This document shows positions 37,300 through 49,742 of a DNA stretch of 64,000 nucleotides, in pieces. The position numbers and the translations under genes were made by a program. Below the pieces are notes generated by a model. The model ran no database searches. It had not been told where the DNA came from and saw only the letters and a list, made by a program, of their open reading frames with translations. This stretch comes from Hypanus sabinus (Eukaryota). Position 1 is the stretch's first letter; each line of letters begins with the position of its first letter. The stretch is from assembly GCF_030144855.1 (NCBI RefSeq), contig NW_026779118.1:1-64000 (forward strand), in the 5' to 3' direction.

Positions 37300-37890
37300 T
37301 GAAGACACACCGGTTCAGTCAGCCACTGTGGAGAGAGACTCAGTCCGCGTTTGCAGTTCGAGATCCCCGATGATGCGACCAGGACCCAAGAACGTTAACT
37401 GGTTCCCCCACCCAGACGGTGCTTCCGGCAATTACTGGTTCAGTCAGCCACTGTGGAGAGAGACCCAGTCCTCGTTTCCAGTCCGAGATCCCCGATGATG
37501 CGACCAGGACCCAAGAACGTTAACTGGTTCCCCCACACAAACGGTGCTTCCGGCAAATACTGGTTCAGTCAGCCACTGTGGAAAGAGACCCAGTCCGCGT
37601 TTCCAGTCCGAGATCCCCGATTGTGGAAGGATCTTCCAATAGAAGTGGTAGAGGCAGGTTCGATGTTGTCATTTAAAGTAAAATTGGGTAGGTATTGGAC
37701 AGGAAATGAATGGAGGGATACGGGCTGAGTGCAGGTCGGTGAGACTAGGTGAGAGTAAGCGTTCGGCAAGGACTAGAAGGGCCGAGGTGGCCTGTTTCTG
37801 TGCTGTAATTGTTATGTGTCTATATGATGCTACCAGTACCCAAGAACTTTAACTGGTTCCCCCACCCGGACATTGCTTCCGGCAATTTAT
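37300..37890. repeat. 125-bp tandem repeat, 3-4 units
   Basis: GGTTCAGTCAGCCACTGTGG at 37312, 37437 and 37562; resumes after the CR1 insert. Confidence 0.85.
37621..37825 (+). mobile_element. Short CR1 3' end inserted in a 125-bp tandem repeat
   Basis: Matches the 15380-15570 subfamily. Confidence 0.78.
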
Positions 37891-38907
37891 GTGTGGACTG
37901 CAGATTTCCTGCAGGGAAGACATTTAAAAAAAATACTTGGAATCTCCCTGAAACAGAAGGTCGACGCTGCGTCAAAACACTTCCAAAGGTGGGACATTGG
38001 TAAAAGAGATCCACTTTTTTACTTGGGGGGGGGGTGGATGCGTGCAACGCTCTGTGTCAGGAAGGGGTCCTGTTTCAACATTCAGACAGGGAAATGGGGA
38101 GGAAGGGATATGGGCCAAACGCGGGCCAATGGACTAGCTCCGGTCAGCATTAATGAGTTGGGCCGAAGGGCCTAATTCCGGGCTTTCCTACTCTCTGACT
38201 ACCAGAAGCTGAAGGTTGAGCGCGACAGACTGCCATGTTTCTGAGCGCACCAAGGGGTCAGAAATGTACCTGCGCACGATCCGGGTCAGGAGGTGAGAGG
38301 CCACAATCGCTCAGCAGAGCTGAGAGGACAAAGGTTGGAGGCGGTGTGAAGGTGCCAGTTATGGGACGGAGGAGTGTGGGTTCAGGTGAGAGAACTCAGC
38401 GATGCCTCCGCCGTGAGGATGTGACAGTGAAACATGGATAACGACTGGAAAGAGAAAGTGAGAGACGTCTTTTCCAGCGGCTTCAGCCTCGACCGTGTCC
38501 GACTCCTGTGCCAATTCACGGGCCGACCATCCGCTTCTGCTCACCGTGACGTCATCTGTGAACACAATGACAACTCATGTTGACTTCGCAGGCAGCCCGA
38601 AGCAGGGACTGTTGGCGAGAATAAACACGAGTGATGTTTTCTGAATCTCCGCCAAGCGGCGTGCCAATGCAAATCTGCAGGAAATGTAGTTTATACATTC
38701 CCAGTGGCCGTGGGCCCAGGAGAACTGTTCCTTTGTATATCGGTTTCAGCGCCTGACATTGTCAGGTGTCCTTAAACTGCCCATCACAGGGTAACATGTG
38801 CGCCGGCTCAACCATGATACTGCACTGCTCATAGGCCTGTACAAAATGGGCACATCTGATTTGCAGTTAACATTTTGCATTGAATGTCCAACACCTTGTT
38901 CACATAC

Positions 38908-38951
38908 CTCTTCAAATCACTGTAAACCGATCGATCCTCCAGAGTAAGTCC
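38908..38951 (-). pseudogene. Orphan ITAM second-half exon (GLTLEDRSVYSDLK-R) in a truncated duplicate of gene 1's 3' end (about 38400-39662)
   Basis: TTCACAG| and AG|GTATGT; 39149-39662 nearly duplicates window 1-514; flank 38480-39150 parallels 54800-55480. Confidence 0.75.
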
Positions 38952-39662
38952 CTGTGAAAGAGAGGAAATCGTTATGATCGGCAACAACTAAGAGCGAAAT
39001 TCGATCTGTGATAGAAGAGAATGGGAAGAAAGCTGAACAGGTCCCGCGCGTATTTAGCACATCGGCTCCTGAAAGAACCGCTGGACGGTCGGTCCGTGAT
39101 GAAAAGAGGATCTGAGACACACTGTGCTGATGTTATTAAATATCGTAGGGGGCTCGAGAGGTCCATAAGATCTCCGAACCCTGTGGTGCAGTTGATGTAT
39201 TCGTCTTCAGCCCTTGCAGCTTTCATAATAATAATGACTGCATGCTTCAAGGAATGACTGGGGGCGAACCTAAGTGCAGGACACAGACACGGAGACAGGG
39301 TTGAGAGGTGCTTGCACAGTCGCCAAAGGTGGAACAGATAACCAGGGAGTCTTGAACTGCAGAGGAGGTATTCGTAGAATATCTAAAGACTGGAGATGAA
39401 CTTAGAACTAACGGCAGGGAAACGAAGTGATCTCACGGGAGTAGATCAACGAACTGGCGACCCGTGGTTGAGAGACCAGGGTTCTTATGCCGCCGTCTCC
39501 GATGGGAACCAGCTGTGCTGTAATTAGTTGAATTGGCAGCAATTGGGAATCTAACGACCGGAATTAAGGCATAGTCAAGGAGTTAGGTTTGTGATGGGGT
39601 CAGCCAGACTGGACTATGACACTGTATACTTCCCTGTCTTGACACTGTCATACTGATGGCGT

Positions 39663-42600
39663 ACGTTGTCATGAAATTCAGTCAAATCCAGTTTATAGGT
39701 GAAAGGAAAGATCTCTTCAGGTATCCCGTCCTGATAGGTGACCACTGGGAGATCCCGATTTTTCAGCTCCTCTGCAACAGGGTCTCCCAATCCTTGCCGG
39801 GTCTCAGCGTTCTCTGTCTGCAAATCAGTCAAGACCGTACACACCTCTATCCGAAGCTCCCCTCCCCTTTACCCTTCCCAGTTTCTGAAGCACCCGGCAA
39901 GAACTACACATCACCCCATTTCTGTCCCCTACAAGCAGCCGGTCTCTGTAAACACCTCCATTGCTGCTTCCGACAGAGTCTCTGTAACCCTCTACGGTCC
40001 CGAGAACCTTCCCCATCTCTGCAACTGTGTACACTGTTAACGAAAAAATTAAGATTCCCGGGGAGATGTGGACCTTCTGTTGTGAAGATGCATTTTTTTA
40101 CCCGCTTCGTTACTATTTGTGGATGGGACAGAATTACACGATCGAATCCGTTGTGTTTGGGAAATTCTGTTCTGATTTCAGGAATCATCTACCCAGGGTG
40201 GAAGTTGAAGTCCCATGGAAAACAACGTTAAGGTTGAAGTCACTTGTGACGAACAAGGGAATTCCTCAAAGAAGAACATGTATAAATGATAACAAACCCG
40301 TCCAGGATAATGACAGGAAGACTCAATCTTCAGAAAAAGCTGATTTGAACATAACCCATCTTAACAGAAACGACACAGGAAAATATAAATGTACCGTAAG
40401 CAATGATTTCACTTGTGACCGCGCTGAGATCTATCTACCTTCAAGTGAACTGTAAGTTTGCAGGTAGATCATTACATCAAATTGCCTTCCGGATTACTGA
40501 TTACAGAAACAATGATTACAGATGCTGACACTAGAGGGCGCAATGGGACAAGTTATGGACAGGACAGGACTACGCCACCGAGTCGGTAATCAACGTTGAC
40601 CGTAGAAATTATACTTGTCAGGTTGAGAACAAAGTAACCATCAAACACAGCGGCCTTTCTGTTGAGATCACAGTGCCGGGCAAGTGAACGTTTTGGTCGA
40701 TATTCCACATCCAACCACCGCTTCAACGTCCGAGTAATTTTATTTTGCAACTTTCACGCTATTCTATTCTGTCTACTTTAATCGTCAGAGAAAAAAAAAA
40801 GCAGCGTTGTCTGGGACGGGGAAGATGGAGCAGATATACCACAGGGCCTTAAGGGACATATTTATAAGTCAAAGAGCCGGGTTTATTTCAAAACCAATAT
40901 AGATGATTATTTAAGTCTACAGCGAATAATGCCTCATGCTTGCCAGAACATTTTGACTCTTTATTTATATAAAAAAATGGAGAACCGTGCCGGTTTATCT
41001 GCCTCTGTCATAGAAGGCCGTTCTGTACCCGTGCTTGTAAACAGGATTGCCCATCGCTTCTCTTGACACCGGCAGCTTCATTTGGAATCGCCACCGACTG
41101 TGCTGTGAACCTGCTGAAGTTTTGAGAAACAGATCTGTTTCTCAGAGTACAATCCTCCTCGCAGGGCGGACGTGACTTCACTAAGTTAAGGAATCGATCC
41201 GTTTCTGAACGAAGTTCAGCTACTGGACATACTGAATGAACCAAATCTAAATCAAATTAAATTAAGCCAGCAGTGAAAAAAGAGACCGACAAAATAAATC
41301 CGTAGAATTGTGGCCGGGAACTCCTTTTCATAAACTCAATTTCCTAACTTGGTCTACAGAGCCCAGCTGATGTGCTTGGACTGCAGTAGAAAGGAGTGTT
41401 GCCATTCCTCTGTCAGTTCTGTTGGCAGAGTCCGTGTCTCGTGTCAATGTAAACATCAACTCTTACACTCTCAGAAAAAAACGATACCGTTGTGTTCTCC
41501 TGTGACGCTAAGGGCTCAATTCAGATAAAACATGGTGAGAAGATATCTAACCGACCCAATATCTTATAGGTATGCAGGCAGATCATTACATTACTTTACA
41601 TTCAATATTACCGATCACAGAAACAACATACAATCACTATTTAAGCTGTAGATGGGTCAGGCAAAATCAAGATTCAGACGCAGAGTCCGGTTGTCACAGA
41701 TACAGTCACAAGTCTGAAATAAACTTGGATCTGCTCAGTGGTTTGGAGGGTTGTGCCCGTGACGTGCTGGGACGACTGCGCCACCTGCTGGGTGATTTGC
41801 CGCTCGGAGACATTGGTCTTCCCACACGATGTCTGACTGCAGACTCTCAGTGCACTTCCCGGAACACATCCACAGAGGTTTGCTGAGGTATTTCATGACA
41901 TGCCGGATCTCGTCAGGCTTCTGATGAATTAAAACAGTTCTCGTGCTTTCCACGCAATTACATCTCCACTGTGGCTCCAGGACCGTTCCTCTGAGAGAGT
42001 GGCAGCCAGAAATTTAAAGTTCCTGACCCATCCACCTCTGATCCTCTGATGATTATTGGCTCACGGACCTCTGGTTTCTCAAAGGCCGAACATTAATGTG
42101 ATGATTACGTCGCTTTGTTCGTGACTCTCCCTCCAATGAAAACTATTTAATATCACACATAGAGCTGTATAGTGCGGGAGCAGACCCTTCGGCAATCGAA
42201 AAAAAAAGTAAATTCCATGACCTCTCCATGACCCCGTGGAACTGACGCCGCGCCCCACTCTTCATAACCTGTCATTCATTTGCCATTTAGACCAATACGT
42301 CGGTCACGATCGTAATTTGGTCTACAGCTTCTTAGCTGAATTGATTGGACTGCAGTAGAAAGGAATAATTCCATTCCTCTTTCAGTTCTATTGGCACAGC
42401 CCGCGTCTCGTGTCAATGTAAACATCAACTATTACACTCTCAGAAAAAAACAACGATACACTTGTATTCCCCTGTGACTCTAAGGGCTCAATTCAGATAG
42501 AGTATGATTAGAACACATCTGACCGTACTGATATTTTGTAGGTAAGCAGATAGATCACTACGTTAGTTTACACTCAATATCACCGATCACAGAATCAGCA

Positions 42601-45600
42601 TACAATCTCTATTTCTGCTGTAGATGGGTCAGGCAACTTGGGGATTCAGCCGCAGCGTCCGGTTGTCAGACATACTGTCACAAGTCTAAAATTAACTTGT
42701 TCTGTCCAGTCAGTTCCCAATACTGACTCTAGATGGCGCAGTGGGTCTGACAGCAGACAGGACAGAGTGACACCATCGAGTCAATTGTCAACTTTGCCAG
42801 TGGAAATTGTACTTGCCAGGTTCAGAACGACGTAACGGTGAAACGCAGCGGCTTTTCTCTAAAGATCAGCCTGTCGCGTAAATAAAAGTTTCTGCCCATA
42901 TTCCACTTCAATGGACCGCTTAAACGTCCAAGTAATTTTATTTCACAATTTAGCAATTTTCATGTTGTGGTCTTCTATCGACGTCATTCACCAGATGGAT
43001 AAAATATATGTAGTCAAGATGCAGCAGAGCTGCAGACATCAAGGAGGGTCTGGAGGGATTCATTTCGAGGTCAATTTGCCGGATATTTAAAATACTAATT
43101 TAAGGGCAAGGCGCATAATATTTCATATTTCCCAGAGGATAGAGAACTAAAGAGCTGGTAGAGCTCCCCGGTTAAAATTATGGAGTGCCACGTCGGTCTT
43201 TCTGCCTCAGTAACCGCGGGCCGATGCTTGTCATCAGGATCGCTCAAAGCCGCTCTTCACAGTAGCAGCTTCACTTGACATCACCACATATTGTCGAGTG
43301 AATCTCCTGACGTTTTGACAAGGAGATGCGTTTCTAAGAATACAGATCCCCGAGCAGTGCAAGCCTGACTTCACTAAGTTAAGGAAGCTACACCTTTGTG
43401 AATAAAATGCAGCCGCCGGACACAGTGAGCGAACCAATCTTGGAGTCAGGTACCGGGGGTAGGAGTAACATAACATTAAGGGGTAGAAACATAAACCGCT
43501 GAAAACACTCAGCAGGTCGGGCAGCATCTGTGAAAAGAGAAGCAGAATTCGACATTGCGATGTAGGACGGGAAGGCAGGGAAAAACAAAGCGGCACTAAT
43601 ATGTTAAATGTACCGTCACCGGAGCGGGAGGGACATGGGAACGACGACATTCGTCCAGCAGTTCTGACGGCGGATTTCAACTTGAAATCTTTAATGTTCC
43701 TTCTCCACAGGGGCTGCCCGATCGCCTGTGTGTATTCCGGGATGTCCTTGTTCTTGATATTTCCAACAACCCCAGCACCTACGTTGTCATAAAATTCAGT
43801 CAAATCCAATTTATAGGTCAAAGGGAAGATCTCTTCAGGTTACCCGTCCTGATGTGTGACCTCTGGGAGATCCCGATTTTTCAGGTCCTCGGCAACAGAG
43901 CCTCCCAATCCTTGCCGGGTCTCAGCGCTCTCTGTCTGTAAATCCGTCAACACCGTACACACCTCTATCCGAACCTCCCCTCCCCTTTACCCTTCCCTGT
44001 TTTGAAGCACCCGGCCAGCACTACACATCTCTCCATTTCTGTCACCTACAAGCAGCCGGTCTCTGTAAACACCTCCATTGCTGCTTCCGACAGAGTCTCT
44101 GTAACCCTCTATGGTCCCGATAACCTTCCCCATCTCTGCAACTGTGTATACTGTTAACGAAAAAATTAAGATTCCCGGGGAAATGTGAACATTCTGTTGT
44201 GAAGATACATTTTTTTACCCGCTTCGTTACTATTTGTGGATGGAACAGAATTACACGATCGAATCCGTTGTGTTTGGGAAATTCTGTTCTGATTTCAGGA
44301 ATCATCTACCCAGGGTGGAAGTTGAAGTCCCATGGAAAACAACGTTAAGGTTGAAGTCACTTGTGACGAACAAAGGAATTCCTCAAAGAAGAACATGGAT
44401 AAATGATGATAAACCCATCCAGGATAATGGCAGGAGGACTCAATCTTCAGAAAAAGCTGATCTGAACATAGCCCATCTTCACAGATACGACACAGGAAAA
44501 TATAAATGTACCGTAAGCAATGATTTCAGTTGTGACCGCGCTGAGATCTATCTACCTTCAAGTGAACTGTAAGTTTGCAGGTAGCTCATTACGTCAAATT
44601 GCCTTCCGGATTACTGATTACAGAAGCAATGAATACGGATGCTGACACTAGAGGGCGCAATGGGACAAGTTATAGACAGGACAGGACTCCGCCACCGAGT
44701 CGGTAATCAACGTTGACCCTAGAAATTATACTTGTCAGGTTGAGTACAAAGTAACCATCAAACACAGCGGCCTTTCTGTTGAGATCACAGTGCCGGGCAA
44801 GTGAACGTTTCGGTCAATATTCCACATCCAACCACCGCTTCAACATCCGAGAAATTTTATTTTGCAACTTTCACGCTATTCTATTCTGTCTACTTTAATC
44901 GTCAGAGAAGAAAGAAGCTGCGTTGTCAGGGACGGGAAAGATGGAGCAGATATACCACAGGGCCTTAAGGGACATACTTGTAAGTCAAAGAGCCAGGTTT
45001 ATTTCAAAACCAATTTGAATTAGATGCTTATTTAAGTCTACAGCGAATAATGTCTGATTCTTGTTAGAACATTGTAACTCTTTATTTATAAAAATAATGT
45101 AGAACCGTGCCGGTTTATCTGCCTCTGTTATAGAAGGCCGTTCTGTACCCGTGCTTGTAAACAGAATTGCCCATCGCTTCTCTTGACATCCGCAGCTTCA
45201 TTTGGAATCACCACCGACTGTGCAGTGAACCTGCTGAAGTTTTGAGAAGCAGATCTGTTTCTCAGAGTACAGACCTCCGAGCAGGGCGGACGTGACTTCA
45301 CGAAGTTAAGGAATCGATCCGTTTGTGAACGAAGTTCAGCTGCTGGACATACTGAATGAACCAAATTCAAATCAAATTAAATTAAGCCAGCAGTGAAAAA
45401 AGAGACCGACAAAATAAATCCGTAGAATTGTGGCCGGGAGCTCCTTTTCATAAACACCATTTAGTAACTTTTTCTACAGAGCCCAGCTGATGTGGTTGGA
45501 CTGCAGTAGAAAGGAGAGATTCCATTCCTCTTTCAGTTCTATTGGCAGAGCCCGTGTCTCGTGTCAATGTAAACATCACTATTTCCCTCTCAGAAAAAAC

Positions 45601-48600
45601 AACGATAAAGTTGTATTCCCCTGTGAGTCTAAGGGCTCAATGCAGATAAAACATGATTAGAAGACATCTGACCGAACTGACATGCTGTAGGTACGCAGTT
45701 AGATCATTACGTTAGTTTACACTCAATATCACCGATCAGAGAAACAGCATACAATCTCTATTTCTGTTGTAGATGGGTCAGGCAACATCGGGATTCAGCC
45801 GCAGGGTCCGGTTGTCACAGATACTGTCACAAGACTGAAATCAACTTGCAATGTCCAGTCAGTTCCCAATGCTGACTCTAGATGGCGCAGTGGAGCTGAC
45901 AGCAGACAGGACAGGGTGACACCATCGAGTCAGTTGTCAACTTTACCAGTGGAAATTGTACTTGCCAGTTTCAGAACAATGTAACGGTGAAACGCAGCGG
46001 CTTTTCCGTAAAGATCAGCCTGCCGCGTAAATAAAAATATTCTGCCGATATTCCACTTCAATGGACAGCTTAATCGTCCAAGTGATTTAATTTTGCAATT
46101 TTGCAATTTTCATGCTGTGGTCTTCTGTCGACGTCGGTCACCAGAGGAAAAAGAAAGTATGTGGTAAATATGGAGCAGCGTATCATAGAGGGTCTGGAGG
46201 GATTTATTTCGAGGTCATTTGCCGGATATTTAAAATACTATTTTAAGAGCAAGGCGCATAATATTTAATGTTAAATCCCTGACGTTTTGAGAAGTAGATG
46301 CGTTTCTCAGAATACAGATCCCCGAGCAGTGCAAACCTGACTTCACTACGTTATGGAAGCTACCCCTTTGTGAATAAAATACAGCCGCCGGGCACAGTGA
46401 GCGAACCAATCTTGCCGGGGGTATGAGTGACATAACATTAAGGCGTAGAAACATAAACCGCTGAAAACACCCAGCAGGTCGGGCAGCATCTGTGAAAGGA
46501 GAAGCAGCAGTCGACATTGCGATGCAGGACGGGAAGGCGGGGAACAACAAAGCGGCACTAAAATATTAAATTAATCTTTAAAGAGGGAGGACATGGGAAC
46601 GAAGACATTCGTCCAGCAGTTCTGACGGAGGATGTCAACTTGAAATCTTTAACGTTCCTTCTCCACAGAGACTGCCTGACTGCCTGTGTGTATTTTTCTT
46701 GATATTTTCTTGATATTTCCAACATCTTCAGCGCCTCCGTTGTCATGAAATTCATTCAAATCCAGTTGAGAGGTGAAAGGAAAGATCTCTTCAGGTAACC
46801 CATCCTGATGGGTGACCACTGGGAGATCCCGATTTTTCAGGTCCTCGGCAACAGGGTCTCCCAGTCCTTGCCGGGTCTCACCGCTCTCTGTCTGTAAATC
46901 CGTCAACACCGTACACCCCTTTATCCGAACCTCCCCTCCCCTTTACCCTTCCCTGTTTCTGAAGCACACGGTAAGCACTACATATCTCCCCATTTCTGTC
47001 CCCTACAACCACCCTGTCTCTGTAAACACCTCCATTGCTGTTCCCATCAGTCTCTGTAACCCTCTCCGGTCCCGATAACCTTCCCCATCTCTGCAACTTT
47101 GTACACTGTTAATGAAAAAATTAAGATTCCCGGGGAAATGTGAACATTCTGTTGTGAAGATGCATTTTTTTACCCGCTTCGTTACTATTTGTGGATGGAA
47201 CAGAATTACACGATCGAATCCGTTGTGTTTGGGAAATTCTGTTCTGATTTCGGGAATCATCCCAGGGTGGAAGTTGAAGTCCCGTGGAAAATAACGTTAA
47301 GGTTGAAGTCACTGGTGACGAACAAGGGAATTCCTCAAAGAAGGACATGGATAAATGATGACAAACCCTTCCAGGATAATGACAGGAGGTCTCAATCTTC
47401 AGAAAAAGCTCATCTGAACATAACCCATCTTCACAGAAACGACACAGGAAAATATAAATAAATGATTTCAGTTGTGACCGCGCTGAGATCTACCTTCAAG
47501 TGAAATGTAAGTTTGCAGGTATCTCATTACGTCAAATTGCCTTCCGGATTACTGATTACAGAAACAATGATTACAGAAGCTGACACTAGAGGGCGCAAAG
47601 GGACAAGTTATGTGCAGACAGGACAGGACTACGCCACCGAGTCGGTCATCAACGTTGACCGTAGAATTATACTTGTCAGGTTGAGAACAAAGTTACCATA
47701 ACACACAGCGGCCTGTCAGTAACGATTACAGTGCTGTGCAAGTGAAGGTTTCTGTCAACATTCCACATCCAACAAGCGATTCAACATCCGAGCAATTTTA
47801 TTTTGCAACTTTCACGCTATTCTATACTGTTTACTTTAATCGTCAAGAAAGGAAATGCAAGCTGTGTTGTCAGGGACGGGGAAGGTGGAGCAGATATACC
47901 AGAGGCCCTTAGGACACGGTCATGATCCGGTCCGTGAAATTCCCATTCCTGTTCACGGTCCGGTCCATGTTCCTTATTCCAGGTTTTCCGCGTTTCCCCA
48001 GCTTCTGTTGAGGCAGCTAATTCTTGTTTGCGCTGGCCTCATAAATAGCTTCAGGATTCAGCCCTTGGCCAAGCACCCTGGCTTTATCCCTCCTGCAGCC
48101 TTGCCTCGCCTCGCTTTGCCTCTGCCTGGAGCCTCGCCTCGCCTTGCCTCTGCCTGGAGCGTTGCCTCGCCTCGCCTTGCCTCTGCCCGGAGCCTTGCCT
48201 CGCCTCGCTTTGCCTCTGCCTGGAGCGTTGCCTCGCCTCGCCTTGCCTCTGCCTGGTGCGTTGCCTCGGTTAGGCTCGCCTCTGCCCGCAGCCATGCCTC
48301 TCCTCGCCTCGCCTCTGCCCGGAGCCTTCCCATGTCCTTTGCTTGCCGGTGAATTTCAAGTCTGAAGATAAAATAATGGAGAACCGTGCCGAGTTATCTG
48401 CCTCTGTCACAGAGGGACATTCTGTGCCCAATGCTTGTAAGTATTACACCGACAGCTTCATTTGGAATCACCGCCGACTGTGCAGTGAAACTCCTGAAGT
48501 TTTGAGAAGTCGATCTGTTTCTCAGAGTACAGACCTCCGAGCAGGGCGGGCGTGACTTCACGAAGAGAAGGAATCGATCCCTTTGTGACTGAAATTCAGC

Positions 48601-49090
48601 TTCGGGGCATACTGAACGAACCAATCTTAAATCAAATGAAAATATGCCGGCAAGGAAAAAGAGGCAAACGAAATAAAAGGCGTCTTCTCCATGATTCCGT
48701 ACGACTGTAGCCGGGAACCTCTTTTCATAAGCTCCAAGTCATTTGCCATTCAGGCCAATCTGTCGGTCCCGATTGTATCCTGGTCTGCAGAGCCCAACTG
48801 ATAAGATCGGACTGCAGTGGGAAGGAGCAATTCCATTCCTCTATCAGTTCGACTTGCAGAGCCCGTGTCTCGTTTCAATGGAAACATCAACTCTTACAGT
48901 TCTCAGGAAGAGAACAATAAAGTTGTATTCACCTGTGACGCTAAGGACACAATTCAGATAAGAGATGGTTAGAAGACACCTGACCGAGAGAATATCTCTG
49001 CTTTCTGAAAAACCTAATCTGAACATAACCCGTCTGAGCAGAAATGACACAGGAAAATATAGACGTACTGTCAGTATTGATTACAGCGCT
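39663..49090 (+). pseudogene. Three tandem units (starting about 39660, 43782 and 46739) of degenerate IgC2 A/B exons
   Basis: A relics at 40182-40451, 44299-44568, about 47250-47507, 41429-41568, about 42398-42537, 45549-45686 and 48860-49090; B relics from 41652, 42624 and 45773; motifs WINDDKPIQ and RNDTGKYKC; shared frameshift. Confidence 0.72.
48097..48325. repeat. About 7 x 33-bp GCCTC-rich repeat in an LTR-like insert (about 47918-48350)
   Basis: GCCTCTGCC at 48118, 48146, 48179, 48212, 48245, 48278 and 48311. Confidence 0.85.
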
Positions 49091-49114
49091 TACATCTCTT
49101 ACTCCCTTTCCTTA

Positions 49115-49148
49115 GTCCTGACGAAGGGTCTCGGCCCGAAACGTCGAC
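49115..49148 (+). ncRNA. Minimal type-I hammerhead ribozyme motif of Penelope-associated type
   Basis: GTC-CTGACGA-AGGGTCTCGGCCC-GAAAC-GTC-GAC: conserved core, GGG/CCC stem II, palindromic stem III, 3-bp stem I. Confidence 0.55.
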
Positions 49149-49209
49149 ATGTGCTTCTCCCTATAGATGCTGCCTGGCCTGCTGCGCTCCACCGGCATTT
49201 TGTGTGTGT

Positions 49210-49742
49210 GTTGCTTGGAGAATTGTGTCCAGTCCTGGTCGCCTCGCTATAGAAATAATGCGGCAGCGTTGGAAAGGGTAGAGAGGGGGTTTACCAGGAT
49301 GCTGCCTGGTTTAGAGAGTATGGATTATGATCAGAGATTAAGTGAGCTAGGGCTTTATTCTGTGGCGAAGAGGAGGAGACTTGATAGAGACATGATAGAG
49401 GTGTACAAAATATTAAGAGGAACAGATGGAGTGGACAACCAGCGCCTCTTCTCCAGGGCACCACTGCTCACTACAAGAGGACGTGGCTTTAAGGTAAGGG
49501 ACGGGAAGTTCAATGGGGATATTAGAGGAAGTTTTTTTACTCAGAGAGTGTTTGCTGCGTGGAATGCACTGCCTGAGTCAGTGATGGAAGCAGCTACACT
49601 AGTGAAGTTTAAGAGACTATTATACAGGTATTTGGAGGAATTTAAGATGGGGTTTATATGGGAGTAAGGATTAATGGTCGGCAGAACATTGTGGGCCGAA
49701 GGGCCTGCACTGTGCTGTACTGTTCTATGTTCTATGTTCTAT
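49210..49742 (+). mobile_element. CR1 3' end
   Basis: ERVERGFTRMLPG; (TTCTATG)n tail. Confidence 0.88.

Noticed and set aside
38560-38680. Terminal exon after the 44-nt ITAM exon
   Set aside because: The candidate acceptor CTGCAG is not conserved in gene 2 (TTGCGG), so it could not be supported
47855-48365. Repetitive ORFs (ASPRLASAWSV, EARRG)
   Set aside because: Translations of a 33-bp repeat in an LTR-like insert; no splice or start context
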